Shown here piece after piece: positions 63,228 through 64,000 of a DNA stretch of 64,000 nt. The stretch covers positions 32,001 through 96,000 of IMG/VR virus record IMGVR_UViG_3300013936_000011; one strand, written 5' to 3'. This DNA is from a virus (taxonomy: Duplodnaviria; Caudoviricetes). The translations under genes and the position numbers were made by a program. Each line of letters begins with the position of its first letter. The stretch's first letter is position 1. The notes beneath the pieces were generated by a model that saw only the letters and a list, made by a program, of their open reading frames with translations, had not been told where the DNA came from and made no database searches.

Positions 63228-64000
63228 TGAGTACATCATGCAAATTGACGGTAACAGAAACTAGCGTCGACCAAGCGAATAATAAGAGTACTATATCAGT
63301 AAAGCTTACTGCAACAACTACTGGACAATCGCACAATAATTATACATCAGGATCCTATTTCCCTAAAGGCACTATCACTGTAAATGGTACTTCGTATAGC
63401 ATAGGACGTACATTGCCATATAACTCTACTGTTACTTTATATAATAAATCTCACACTATAACACATAACTCTGACGGGAGTAAGAGCGTAACTGTTAAAT
63501 ATAGTTTCAATACACATATATATGATGGAACATTAACAGGCAGTAAGACTTTAAAACTAACAGATATATCGATAGATAAAAAATCGACACCAACTGCTAG
63601 CTCAAGTAGTGTTTATATTGGCAGTTCTATAACTATAGATATGAATCCATATATGAGTTCATACACTCATTCAATAAGCTATAAATTTAATGGTGGCACT
63701 ACAAATATGACTAGTGGACTTAGTGCAACAAGTGGAATTAAGGACTCATGTACATTCACACCTCCATCAAGTTTATTGAATTATATGGACCCGGATTCTA
63801 CATCAGCTAATGCAGTGTTTACTGTAAATACTTATAAATCTAGTGGAACATTAATTGGTTCAAGTACATTTACGGTTGCAGTTAAAACATCTGCTACTTC
63901 TTATCCTCCTGTTATGGGAAGCATTTCTGCTTCTGTATATAATAATGGTTCACCGTTTAGTAATATATATGTTAAAAATTATAATGGCGTTAAATTATCT
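63227..64000 (+). CDS. DUF859-like siphovirus-type minor tail protein (partial, runs off window)
   Basis: TAATG-coupled ORF MSTSCKLTVTETSVDQANNKSTISVKL...ITHNSDGSKSVTV...YTHSISYKF, no stop seen before the window end; absent from the ORF track because it is truncated. Confidence 0.7.
   Translation, partial: MSTSCKLTVTETSVDQANNKSTISVKLTATTTGQSHNNYTSGSYFPKGTITVNGTSYSIGRTLPYNSTVTLYNKSHTITHNSDGSKSVTVKYSFNTHIYDGTLTGSKTLKLTDISIDKKSTPTASSSSVYIGSSITIDMNPYMSSYTHSISYKFNGGTTNMTSGLSATSGIKDSCTFTPPSSLLNYMDPDSTSANAVFTVNTYKSSGTLIGSSTFTVAVKTSATSYPPVMGSISASVYNNGSPFSNIYVKNYNGVKLS

Larger units (their letters stand above)
1..64000 (+). mobile_element. Segment of a large contractile-tailed (myovirus-like) bacteriophage genome: neck, tail, baseplate and fibre module
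   Basis: Co-directional, tightly packed ORFs with sheath, tube, baseplate-J-like, gp25-like, hub and fibre signatures; no host housekeeping genes. Confidence 0.95.

Noticed and set aside
1-64000. Stop-codon reassignment as in some gut phages
   Set aside because: Multi-kilobase ORFs are intact in code 11, and TAA, TAG (e.g. 2005, 8010) and TGA (13159) all end genes just before the next SD or start.
51685-64000. Diversity-generating retroelement or invertible fibre cassette
   Set aside because: No reverse transcriptase, recombinase, adenine-specific TR/VR pair or inverted gene copies seen; the repeats are degenerate coding repeats.
1-64000. tRNA, rRNA or CRISPR arrays
   Set aside because: Intergenic gaps are at most about 110 nt and are accounted for by terminators and SD sites; no cloverleaf or repeat-spacer pattern seen.

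Overview
The window is an AT-rich (roughly 30% GC by eye), densely packed, all-plus-strand virion morphogenesis module of a large contractile-tailed (myovirus-type) phage. It uses the standard genetic code, and strong GGAGG/GGTGA Shine-Dalgarno sites suggest a Firmicutes/Clostridia-like host. Gene order: neck/head-completion genes, a small sheath paralogue, tail terminator, 988-aa sheath, tube, two tube-fold paralogues, two paralogous tail chaperones, three giant genes (2142, ~3115, 2791 aa), spike/baseplate genes, fibres, and a siphovirus-like Ig-fold/DUF859 tail-tip cassette running off the end. The main result is the ~3115-aa protein at the tape-measure locus. It carries, in the correct order, motifs of both catalytic barrels of a two-barrel RNA polymerase (beta-like E-Q, K-x7-K and N..H.NxG; beta'-like RxP and NGDLDGD), an N-terminal complete DEDDh 3'-5' exonuclease, and a hydrophobic, tape-measure-like C-terminus. 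It is flanked by a probable tape measure with a degenerate thermonuclease fold and a baseplate hub whose N-terminus is a thermonuclease with all catalytic residues intact. Together these suggest a tail-delivered RNA polymerase/nuclease payload. All assignments come from by-eye motif reading and synteny; no searches were run.
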